Below are positions 1 through 7,726 of a stretch of DNA of 48,727 nt, in pieces. The notes below the pieces were generated by a model, which was given only the letters and a program-made list of their open reading frames with translations, ran no database searches and was not told the origin of the DNA. The number at the start of each line of letters is the position of its first letter. Position 1 is the first letter of the stretch. The translations under genes and the position numbers were made by a program. This DNA comes from a virus (lineage: Duplodnaviria; Caudoviricetes), in IMG/VR virus record IMGVR_UViG_3300032272_000021, positions 1 through 48,727 of that record; one strand, written 5' to 3'.

Positions 1-128
1 TTGCCTGTATGTCCTCAAAGGTTTGCGCTAGGGGTAAGGTAAGGGCTTGTGTGTAAAGATGTCTTGAGCAGGACGCTGTTAGCTAGGGTGGCAAATCTTG
101 GGGTGCTGTATTGGGTGGCGTATTGGGT
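1..128. repeat. Terminal direct repeat, left copy (true DTR or assembly circularisation overlap)
   Basis: 1-126 identical to 48600-48725; position 127 is G vs A at 48726; 128 matches 48727. Confidence 0.95.
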
Positions 129-142
129 GGCGTACAGGCAAT

Positions 143-174
143 AAAAAACCCCCATCACCGTTTGGCAATGGGGG
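143..174 (-). terminator. Rho-independent terminator after gene 201-659
   Basis: Minus strand CCCCCAUUGCC-AAAC-GGUGAUGGGGG followed by UUUUUU. Confidence 0.85.
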
Positions 175-200
175 CGTGTGTTAAGGTTAATCGGTGGCTG

Positions 201-659
201 TTATTTGGTGGCCTTATCAAAAGCGGCTTGGTCCTTGTGCAATTTAATAAAACCGTGCTCGCTGTTCCATTTCAGGTCGCCGCCTGCGGGGTGCAATTTG
301 CTTTTGCAATCGGCACACGCCTTGTAAAATTCGCCAACGGTCATCCCGTTTTTGTACAGGTTGTATTGCGTGTGCGCCATGCTACCCTTTTTCTTTGGGT
401 TGGCTGTTACCAAAATTTCAATCACCTGCGCATCACGTGCAAGCTTTTTATTTACCTTGGTTGCTTGCTTGGCTGTGGCCTTACCCTTTGTTTCGGTTTT
501 GGTGGTGGCCTTTTTGCCACTGCAACCAGCACCGCCAACACAGTAATGCTTGCCATTGCGTTGCTGTGTACCGTCGGCAGGTACAAAATCACCACACTTG
601 CTACATTGCACTTGGCTTACAACCGCTTCGTTTTTCTTTGCTGTGTTTTGCTTTGCCAT
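201..659 (-). CDS. Basic protein with N-terminal CxxC...HxC Zn-ribbon-like motif and C-terminal NPK-x-x-GS...Y-x-x-GMTV...D-x-x-W domain; paralog of 34372-35109
   Basis: SD GGAGG upstream; own promoter and terminator; clear similarity to the C-terminus of ORF 34372-35109. Confidence 0.85.
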   Translation of the reverse strand: MAKQNTAKKNEAVVSQVQCSKCGDFVPADGTQQRNGKHYCVGGAGCSGKKATTKTETKGKATAKQATKVNKKLARDAQVIEILVTANPKKKGSMAHTQYNLYKNGMTVGEFYKACADCKSKLHPAGGDLKWNSEHGFIKLHKDQAAFDKATK

Positions 660-741
660 AATTTCCTCCAGTTCTAGGGGGGCGTTTTTGCCCGTTAAAT
701 AATTATACGGCTTGTGGATATGTCGCCGTTATGTAGTTAAA

Positions 742-770
742 GATATAGCATTAACAAAAACGATTTGCAA
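742..770 (-). promoter_or_regulatory. Sigma70-like promoter TTGCAA-17-TATATC (extended -10 TG)
   Basis: 17-nt spacer; shares TTGCAAATCG with promoters at 29219 and 48576. Confidence 0.65.
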
Positions 771-857
771 GTGCTTATTTTAACTTTTTTATCAGTTAAG
801 GCAAAAGGGCTTTAAAAACAACAACTTATGCCGCTAAAATAATTTACAATCTGCTAC

Positions 858-1180
858 AAAATACGCAATACCTATTAGGGGCGCTGTTAAAAAATTTTCA
901 AAATTATTTAAGCAATGCAACGTATTTATCGTATTTACGTATTAAGTGTCTGTTTTTACACGATTTACGGTAAATAAGCATTAAAGGTGATCTTATTACT
1001 TGGCAAATACGTTAAATAAGGATACTAGCGTCCTTTGTCTCTCCTTTATAGGCTGTCGGGTAGGGGCTGGGTGATATAACGCAATCTTAAGCGATTAAAA
1101 AAGTCCTTTTTACCTTTGCCGCCGTGTGCGAGTACTAAAATATTTTAAAAATTTTTTAGTGGGACGCTATATAGGTATTT
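858..1180. repeat. AT-rich inverted-repeat element, copy 1
   Basis: Arms 858-910 and 1136-1180 are imperfect inverted repeats; core CGTATTTACGTATTAA (930-945) identical to 27115-27130. Confidence 0.85.
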
Positions 1181-1234
1181 ATTCCCACACAGCCCACTGT
1201 GGTATCAAACACAGCCAATCCCCATTCGCTCATG

Positions 1235-1261
1235 TGCCAATGCCAAATGCCAAATGCCAAA
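1235..1261 (+). repeat. Tandem TGCCAA(A) x4
   Basis: tgccaa tgccaaa tgccaaa tgccaaa. Confidence 0.9.
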
Positions 1262-1455
1262 CAAACCACCGCCGATCATCTTACGAGTATCCACTGTGCA
1301 TCGCTAGGGTATAGGCGCTATGCGATTCTTTACCGATTCGGGCGGGATTCGTTTTCGGTGGTCGTCACCACCCCCCCTTCGGCGTCGGTCACGTCGGGGT
1401 CTACCCGTATACGAAATTTCGAGTGTTTATCGTTTAGAGAGAACAGTTTTTTAAC

Positions 1456-1484
1456 TTGCGACTCATAATACTTTGTGGTAGTGT
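1456..1484 (+). promoter_or_regulatory. Possible promoter TTGCGA-17-TAGTGT for the terminase operon
   Basis: 17-nt spacer, TG extension; weak -10 match. Confidence 0.35.
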
Positions 1485-1491
1485 TTTCGGC

Positions 1492-1848
1492 ATGGAACTC
1501 TCCAAATTACCCAACCCACCAATAACGGAGGAAGAAGCGATGAGTACCCCTGCTCGCCGAAGGACGAACATGCGTGATAGTATGGAGAACGTCTACAAGA
1601 CATTGGGTGGCGATGAAGAGATGATAGCATGGGTAAGAGCGTCAGAGTTGAACAGGCGTATCTTCTACCGAGATATTGTACCTAAGTTAGTTCCACGAGA
1701 AGTGAACAACCGCCATACTGACCCAGATGGAGGACCGGTGAAGCATGTGTTTGTATGGGAGGGAGGACCGATGGATCCCGCCAAGGCCACCGAGAAAGCA
1801 TTAGAAATAGATGTCACACCAGAGGCGACAGAGAAAATAGATGAGTGA
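1492..1848 (+). CDS. Putative terminase small subunit (alternative start 1540 with GGAGG SD)
   Basis: Directly upstream of and overlapping terL; helical 'LGG...WV...FY...PKLVP' pattern typical of small terminases. Confidence 0.65.
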   Translation: MELSKLPNPPITEEEAMSTPARRRTNMRDSMENVYKTLGGDEEMIAWVRASELNRRIFYRDIVPKLVPREVNNRHTDPDGGPVKHVFVWEGGPMDPAKATEKALEIDVTPEATEKIDE

Positions 1849-3235
1849 CGACAATAAAGAAATAGTTCGTATACCATATGTCCCCCGAAAGCAACAGCAG
1901 GTTATCCACAACCAGTTGGATGCCCACCGATTCAGTGTAGTGGTAATACACCGTCGTTGGGGAAAGACGGTCATGTTGTTGAACCAGTTGATTAAGCGAG
2001 CATTGAGTGATGACAAGCATCACGGAAGATATGTTTATATAGCGCCATTCTTAAAGCAGGCCAAGACCTTGGCTTGGGATTACCTTAAAAGATTTACAGA
2101 CCCAGTTCCTGGAAGGGAGTACAGCGAAAGTGAAACCAGAGTCAGTTTACCCAACAACTCCCAAATCAGATTGTTTGGGGCGGATAATCCAGACGCACTA
2201 CGGGGAATCTACTGTGATGGAGCCGTACTTGACGAATACGCTCAATGCAACCCTAGTATATTCTCATCGATATTACGGCCTGCCCTTAGTGAGAGAAAAG
2301 GGTGGTGTGTATTCTCTGGTACACCGAACGGACGAAATGATTTCTACGATAAGTTATGTTATGCCCAGTCAAACCCCGATTGGTTTCATGCAGTCTTAAA
2401 GGCAAGCGAGACTGGTATACTGGACGACGAGGAATTGGCTGATGCCCGTCGCACAATGACGGAGGAAGAGTACAACCGTGAGTATGAGTGTAGTTTTGAC
2501 AGTATCATAGGTAAGCGAATATACCCTGAGTTCAACCACGGAATGCACGTAGCGAACGAGGACATACCCCCACAGCACCCCACCACGATTTACAGAGGAT
2601 GGGATAATACTGGTTTGAGTCCAGCTATTATGTTATCGTACATCACGCCGGACGGACAGTGGAGGTTGTTTAAGGAGTTTTGCTTTGACGACTGTGGTAT
2701 TACCGAAGCGACTGAGGCACTTATACTGTGGGGGAACCTTAACCTTCCACATGGCTGTAAATTTGTGGACTACGCAGACCCGATGGGTAAGATGCGAGAT
2801 AGTATTAAAATGTCGGCTCGTGATTATATTATACTGAAGTCCCGTGAGATGGGTCAGGAGATTTGGCCTCAGGATGGTATCCAGTCATGGAAGCCACGCC
2901 GAGAGTCAGTCGCAAACCAGTTAAGGAAGATGCTAAGGAATGGACAACCAGCCTTATTGATTGACCCAGAGGGTTGCCCGTTAACGATCCAAGGCTTTGA
3001 TGGAGGTTACGCATATCGTGAAATCGCAAACATGCCTGGAATGTTCGTTGAGGAAGCAGTCAAGAACCAATTCTCACACATACACGATGCTATACAATAT
3101 ATCGGTACACGTCTCTTCATGCACGATAACAGTTCCATTATCATGCCAAACGGCACAACAATCGACCATTACGATGACTTCGAACACGAACCTTTTGTGG
3201 ATTTAACTGGACAGTCCAAAGTGACTGGCTATTAG
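1841..3235 (+). CDS. terL: Terminase large subunit
   Basis: Walker A HRRWGKT, LRG motif, Walker B AVLDE, coupling motif GTPNG, C-terminal nuclease with HxxDA. Confidence 0.97.
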   Translation: MSDDNKEIVRIPYVPRKQQQVIHNQLDAHRFSVVVIHRRWGKTVMLLNQLIKRALSDDKHHGRYVYIAPFLKQAKTLAWDYLKRFTDPVPGREYSESETRVSLPNNSQIRLFGADNPDALRGIYCDGAVLDEYAQCNPSIFSSILRPALSERKGWCVFSGTPNGRNDFYDKLCYAQSNPDWFHAVLKASETGILDDEELADARRTMTEEEYNREYECSFDSIIGKRIYPEFNHGMHVANEDIPPQHPTTIYRGWDNTGLSPAIMLSYITPDGQWRLFKEFCFDDCGITEATEALILWGNLNLPHGCKFVDYADPMGKMRDSIKMSARDYIILKSREMGQEIWPQDGIQSWKPRRESVANQLRKMLRNGQPALLIDPEGCPLTIQGFDGGYAYREIANMPGMFVEEAVKNQFSHIHDAIQYIGTRLFMHDNSSIIMPNGTTIDHYDDFEHEPFVDLTGQSKVTGY

Positions 3236-3248
3236 GGAAGAGGTAAAC

Positions 3249-5420
3249 ATGGAAAAGACAAAAAAGAAAAAGCGCCCTGTTGAGTTCCTTATCGATAACA
3301 TAGATAACCCGAACATTGCCAAAGACCTGTCTAAGGAGGAGCAAGAGAACATTGCCCGTTTGGTAATGACTGGGTTTGACCTTGACGACAGCAGCCGTAA
3401 GGACTGGAAGACCCAGACCGAAGAGGGTATTAAGATAGCCGAGCAAATCACGGAAAAGAAGAACTACCCTTGGGAGAACGCAAGTAATGTCAAGTTCCCG
3501 TTGATTGCCACAAGTGCTATCCAGTTTGCCGCACGAGCCTACCCGAACATTGTGAACGACAAGGGTGTGGTCAAAGCGGCTGTTGTGGGTGAAGACCCAG
3601 ACCAAAAGAAAGCGGCACGAGCGAAGCGAGTGAGCGAGCATATGAGTTATCAGCTCATGGAGCAAATGACTGAATGGGACGAAAACACCGACCAGCTCCT
3701 ACACAGCCTACCCGTCGTTGGAACTCTATTCCGCAAAACATTTTTCGACCCTCTTTTACAGCGACCATCCAGCCAGCTTTGTATGCCGTTGGATGTTGTT
3801 GTACACATGGATACCAAATCGCTCGCGACTTGCAGACGTGTCACTCATATAATACACCTTTATAAAAATGACGTCATCGAGCGCGAGCGGTCTGGTATGT
3901 ACTGTGATTGTGACGCAGATTATATGGAGGACGTTGACGAGGAACAAGATCGCCAAGAGACTTTCCTTGAGCAGCACAGGTGGTTAGACCTTGACGGCGA
4001 CGGTTATGAAGAACCATATATTGCCACAATACATAAAGCGAGTGGAACACTTGTTCGTTTGACTGCACGTTATGATAATACTGGTATTGAAATCAACGAC
4101 AAGAACAAAGTCAAGAAAATCACTGCTGTTGATTATTTCACAGCATATTTCTTTATTCCTTCACCGAGTGGCAAATTCTACGCACTTGGGTTCGCCCATC
4201 TTCTCGGACCTATCAACGAGTCTATCAACACGACTATCAATATTTTACTTGATGCTGGACACTTGGCTACTGTTCAGGGTGGTTTCATTGGTAGAGGGGC
4301 AAGGTTCCAAGGTGGTAAGATGATGTTCAGGCCTGGAGAGTGGAAACCTGTTGATGTTGTTGGTGGAACAATTAAGGACAATATCGTGCCATTACCTACG
4401 AAGGAGCCGAGCAATGTGTTGTTCAGCCTGTTGGGTATGTTGAATGATACTGGTATGAAGCTGGCGAGCGTTTCGGAAACAATGACTGGTGAAACTCCAA
4501 GCCAAAACACCCCTGCCACAACTACCTTGGCGGTAATTGAACAGGGTCTGAAGGTGTTTACGGCCATCTATAAGCGGATATTTAGGTCATTAAAGCAGGA
4601 ATTTGCCAAAATATACAGGTTAAACGGACTTTACCTGAACGAAGAAGAATATTACCGTATTTTGGACGTGCAGCAGAAAGTATTCCGTTCTGACTACAAT
4701 TTTGCTGATTTAAATGTTCAGCCTGTTGCTGATCCTAACCTTAGTAACGAGGCAACCAAACTTGCAAGGGTTCAGGCGCTTATGCAGACATTGCAGATGA
4801 ACCCACTACCTGAAGCAAAGATGGAGATACTTCGTCAATACTATGAAGCCATTGATGCCCAGAATATAAACATTCTTATTCCTACTGATCAACAAGGCAA
4901 GATACAGTTACCACAACAGCCACCTGATCCAAAAGCTATTGAGATGCAGTTGAAGACAGTTGAGTCTAAAAAGCAGACTGATATGGAAATGCAAAAGCTT
5001 CCATATGAATTGGAACTTCTTGAATCACAAATAGATGAAGTAAAAGCTAGAACAAAGAAGACATTGGCAGAGGCCGATAGCACACCTGTGATGAATATGT
5101 TAGAAACCATTGACCGACAGGTAAAGGCTATCCAGAACGACACTAAACTAGAGATCGAGCGCATAAAGGCGCAAGGAGGAGCAAATGGACAAGCCAGCAG
5201 TGGTGATGGACGCAACGGTGGAGGAGCTGGAGGATTGGCTTCACCACAGAACAACCAAGAAGGTGTTCAAGTTCCTGGAGGAATGCCAGCTAACCCAGAG
5301 GCACTATCTGGACAGGGGAGCTTGCCTTTCGCTGGAGAACTCGGACAAGACGGCACAGGAGTACAGCCTGACGGTGGGGAAGATACAGGGACTAGACCTT
5401 ATCCTCCAGATACCGAATGA
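3249..5420 (+). CDS. Portal protein with low-complexity C-terminal extension
   Basis: Follows terL; 723 aa; YPWENASNVKFPLIATSAIQFAARAY, FYALGF and TPATTTLAVIEQG motifs resemble podovirus portals. Confidence 0.9.
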   Translation: MEKTKKKKRPVEFLIDNIDNPNIAKDLSKEEQENIARLVMTGFDLDDSSRKDWKTQTEEGIKIAEQITEKKNYPWENASNVKFPLIATSAIQFAARAYPNIVNDKGVVKAAVVGEDPDQKKAARAKRVSEHMSYQLMEQMTEWDENTDQLLHSLPVVGTLFRKTFFDPLLQRPSSQLCMPLDVVVHMDTKSLATCRRVTHIIHLYKNDVIERERSGMYCDCDADYMEDVDEEQDRQETFLEQHRWLDLDGDGYEEPYIATIHKASGTLVRLTARYDNTGIEINDKNKVKKITAVDYFTAYFFIPSPSGKFYALGFAHLLGPINESINTTINILLDAGHLATVQGGFIGRGARFQGGKMMFRPGEWKPVDVVGGTIKDNIVPLPTKEPSNVLFSLLGMLNDTGMKLASVSETMTGETPSQNTPATTTLAVIEQGLKVFTAIYKRIFRSLKQEFAKIYRLNGLYLNEEEYYRILDVQQKVFRSDYNFADLNVQPVADPNLSNEATKLARVQALMQTLQMNPLPEAKMEILRQYYEAIDAQNINILIPTDQQGKIQLPQQPPDPKAIEMQLKTVESKKQTDMEMQKLPYELELLESQIDEVKARTKKTLAEADSTPVMNMLETIDRQVKAIQNDTKLEIERIKAQGGANGQASSGDGRNGGGAGGLASPQNNQEGVQVPGGMPANPEALSGQGSLPFAGELGQDGTGVQPDGGEDTGTRPYPPDTE

Positions 5421-5469
5421 AGTTAAGGAATACAAACAACATCTCTTAGAGGAGGCAACAAATGATTAA
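5185..5469 (+). CDS. Small head-operon protein overlapping the portal 3' end
   Basis: Strong SD AAGGAGGA; helical protein; stop overlaps the groES start. Confidence 0.75.
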   Translation: MDKPAVVMDATVEELEDWLHHRTTKKVFKFLEECQLTQRHYLDRGACLSLENSDKTAQEYSLTVGKIQGLDLILQIPNEVKEYKQHLLEEATND

Positions 5470-5788
5470 ACCAGCAGGACACAGAGTCCTAGTAATGCCA
5501 GACAAAGTTGACGAGAAGCAGGGGAGTATTTTTATACCAATAGAAGCGCGAGAGCGTATGGGCGAGGCACAGATCTATGGCACAGTAATCTCATTAGGAA
5601 TGACAGCGTTCAAGGCTTTTGATGATGGTGAGCCTTGGTGTAAAGTTGGCGACCGAGTCGCTTTCGCCAAGTATGGTGGTTTTATTATCAAAGACCCTGA
5701 GACAAATGAAATTTACCGACTGTTAAATGATGAGGATGTTTGTGCCATTGTAACAGGAGGCGAAAATGGGAATGCCAAGGTATCTTAG
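5462..5788 (+). CDS. groES: Co-chaperonin GroES-like protein
   Basis: IKPAGHRVLV, mobile loop GSIFIP, GTVISLG, KVGDRVAFAKYGG, LLNDEDVCAIV. Confidence 0.93.
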   Translation: MIKPAGHRVLVMPDKVDEKQGSIFIPIEARERMGEAQIYGTVISLGMTAFKAFDDGEPWCKVGDRVAFAKYGGFIIKDPETNEIYRLLNDEDVCAIVTGGENGNAKVS

Positions 5789-6011
5789 AAAGAAGTTTGG
5801 TGTTGTTGATTACGAAAAACTTACCGCAGAGAAAATAGCCGAAGAGGAGAAAACACAATGGCCGACGACGAAGGAAGAACAGAAGAAGGAGCCGAAGGAA
5901 ACGAAGGAATCCCAATCCCAGGAGAAGGAATTGGCGACGGAGAAGCCGAAGGAACAGGCCAAGAAGCCAAAGGCCAAGAAATCAATCAAGAACCGAATTA
6001 TGAAGAAATAG
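5766..6011 (+). CDS. Lys/Glu-rich small protein overlapping the scaffold gene
   Basis: SD AGGAGG before ATG; fills the gap between groES and scaffold; 154-nt overlap. Confidence 0.5.
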   Translation: MGMPRYLRKKFGVVDYEKLTAEKIAEEEKTQWPTTKEEQKKEPKETKESQSQEKELATEKPKEQAKKPKAKKSIKNRIMKK

Positions 6012-6712
6012 CCCGTGCAAAAGGTTGGCGTCCTGTAAATGAATTTGATGGCGACAAGGATGACTGGGTTGGCGCAGAAGAATTTGTAAAGCGAGAACCA
6101 CTTTTTAAACGTATCAAAAGTCAATCAAAGGAATTGAAAGAGCTTCGTCATTCAATTGAAGCAATGGCAACACACTTTAAAAAGAGTGTGGAAGGACAGG
6201 TTCAGAACAGATTGAATCAACTGCAAGCAAAGCGCAGGGAAGCTATTGAACTTGGTGATGTTGAAAGTGTTGAACAGCTTGACGGTATTATTGAAAAAGA
6301 AAAAAGAGCTGTTCCACCTGATACACCACCAGATGTTCCACCTGAAGCGAAAGAGTGGATTGATAAGAACAAAGGGTGGTTTGAGACGAGACAAGACATG
6401 CGTGATTTTGCTGTGGCACACAATACTTCGATGCTGAAGTTGTACCCACTTGCAGAGGCACTGGAGAAAACACAGGCCGCTGTAGAGCAGGCGTTTCCTG
6501 ATATGTTTAAAGCACCACAAGAAAATCACCGAAAGGAAGCACCACCAGCAGTAGAGGGTGGATCACAGCAAGAATCTGATTCTTCAGATTTTTCAATAAA
6601 ACGCTTGTCAAAAGACCAAAAGTTAGTGTATGATCAACTTGTGAAGCAGCACGGTACACTGACTCATGAAGAATACTTCAAATCTTTAGAAGATATAGGA
6701 GAATTAGAATGA
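5858..6712 (+). CDS. Capsid scaffolding protein (putative)
   Basis: Acidic N-terminus, ARAKGWRP..EF motif, coiled coil, position before capsid genes. Confidence 0.75.
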   Translation: MADDEGRTEEGAEGNEGIPIPGEGIGDGEAEGTGQEAKGQEINQEPNYEEIARAKGWRPVNEFDGDKDDWVGAEEFVKREPLFKRIKSQSKELKELRHSIEAMATHFKKSVEGQVQNRLNQLQAKRREAIELGDVESVEQLDGIIEKEKRAVPPDTPPDVPPEAKEWIDKNKGWFETRQDMRDFAVAHNTSMLKLYPLAEALEKTQAAVEQAFPDMFKAPQENHRKEAPPAVEGGSQQESDSSDFSIKRLSKDQKLVYDQLVKQHGTLTHEEYFKSLEDIGELE

Positions 6713-7119
6713 GTGAAGCCAAAAACAGACCGAGCAGGTCAAAGAAAAATAGAACGCCAATAGGCGCACGTTCGAGAATGTCCTTTAGAGGCCTAGAAGA
6801 AGGCTACAAATACAGGGTGTTCAATGATGTTGACGATAGACTCCATAGAGCTCAGGAAGCTGGGTATGAATTCGTTGAAGCAGACGAAAAACTTGGAGAC
6901 CCTGTTGTTGCTGAGGGATCTATCCCAGGATCAAAAGTTGCGAAGCCCGTAGGCGGTGGAATTACAGGATATCTAATGCGTATCCCTGAAGACTGGTACA
7001 AAGAGGACCAACAGGCGAAACAGGCAGAAGTACTCAAGAGTGAGGAAGCACTACAACCAAAAACTGACGAAGGCCAATATGGTGAAGGTCTTCAAACCGA
7101 AAAACTCAATAAGGAGTAA
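6709..7119 (+). CDS. Head-operon hypothetical protein
   Basis: ATGA overlap, SD; GYKYR.FND...AGYEFV...LMRIPEDWY pattern. Confidence 0.8.
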   Translation: MSEAKNRPSRSKKNRTPIGARSRMSFRGLEEGYKYRVFNDVDDRLHRAQEAGYEFVEADEKLGDPVVAEGSIPGSKVAKPVGGGITGYLMRIPEDWYKEDQQAKQAEVLKSEEALQPKTDEGQYGEGLQTEKLNKE

Positions 7120-7122
7120 CAA

Positions 7123-7713
7123 ATGGCTAATTCAAATAAACCGTTTGGACTGCGTCCTTATTCCTCTCTCAATGGTGGTCCGTGGTCTGGTAACGTTCGT
7201 AAGTTTTACGTTCCTGCTACAGATGCCAATGCCATCTACATTGGTGACTTGGTAAAGATTACAGGTGACGAGGGAAGTAAATACGCAGATGATTATCCAA
7301 TGCCTCAGGTTGAAATTGCCGCATCAACTGATGTCGTGGTTGGTGTTGTGGTAGGTGTTGAACCTCTATATGGTGGAGACCTTGGTGTTCTGTATCGTAA
7401 GGCTTCCACAGAGATGTACGTATATGTTGACACTGATCCAAACACCATTTTCATGATTCAGGGTGATTCGGACACATGGACAACAGGTGATGTTGGATTG
7501 AACTGTAACGTGACAGTGACTGCTGGTTCTACTGTAACTGGTGTCTCCAAGACTGTTCTTAAACAAGGTGATGCGGCTACCACAGCAACACTTGATGTAC
7601 AGATTCTTGCAACTGTCCCACAACCCGACAACGATTTGACTGGTGGCTATCCGCTCGTGCTGGTACGCCTGAATAATCATCAATACGTTGACGGCACAAC
7701 CGGCGTCGCCTAA
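7123..7713 (+). CDS. Capsid cement/decoration-like protein
   Basis: MANSNKPFGLRP start, beta-rich, directly before the major capsid gene; SD AAGGAG. Confidence 0.65.
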   Translation: MANSNKPFGLRPYSSLNGGPWSGNVRKFYVPATDANAIYIGDLVKITGDEGSKYADDYPMPQVEIAASTDVVVGVVVGVEPLYGGDLGVLYRKASTEMYVYVDTDPNTIFMIQGDSDTWTTGDVGLNCNVTVTAGSTVTGVSKTVLKQGDAATTATLDVQILATVPQPDNDLTGGYPLVLVRLNNHQYVDGTTGVA

Positions 7714-7726
7714 GGAGGGTTAAATC

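Noticed and set aside
86-131. Four GGG runs and a GTATTGGGTGGC x2 repeat as a G-quadruplex
   Set aside because: Loops of 9-11 nt make it a weak candidate, and there is no other support
111-677. 188-aa + strand ORF and other + ORFs over the terminal gene
   Set aside because: They are antisense to a gene with SD, promoter, terminator and a paralog. The absence of GA removes all TGA stops on this strand, which inflates ORF length.
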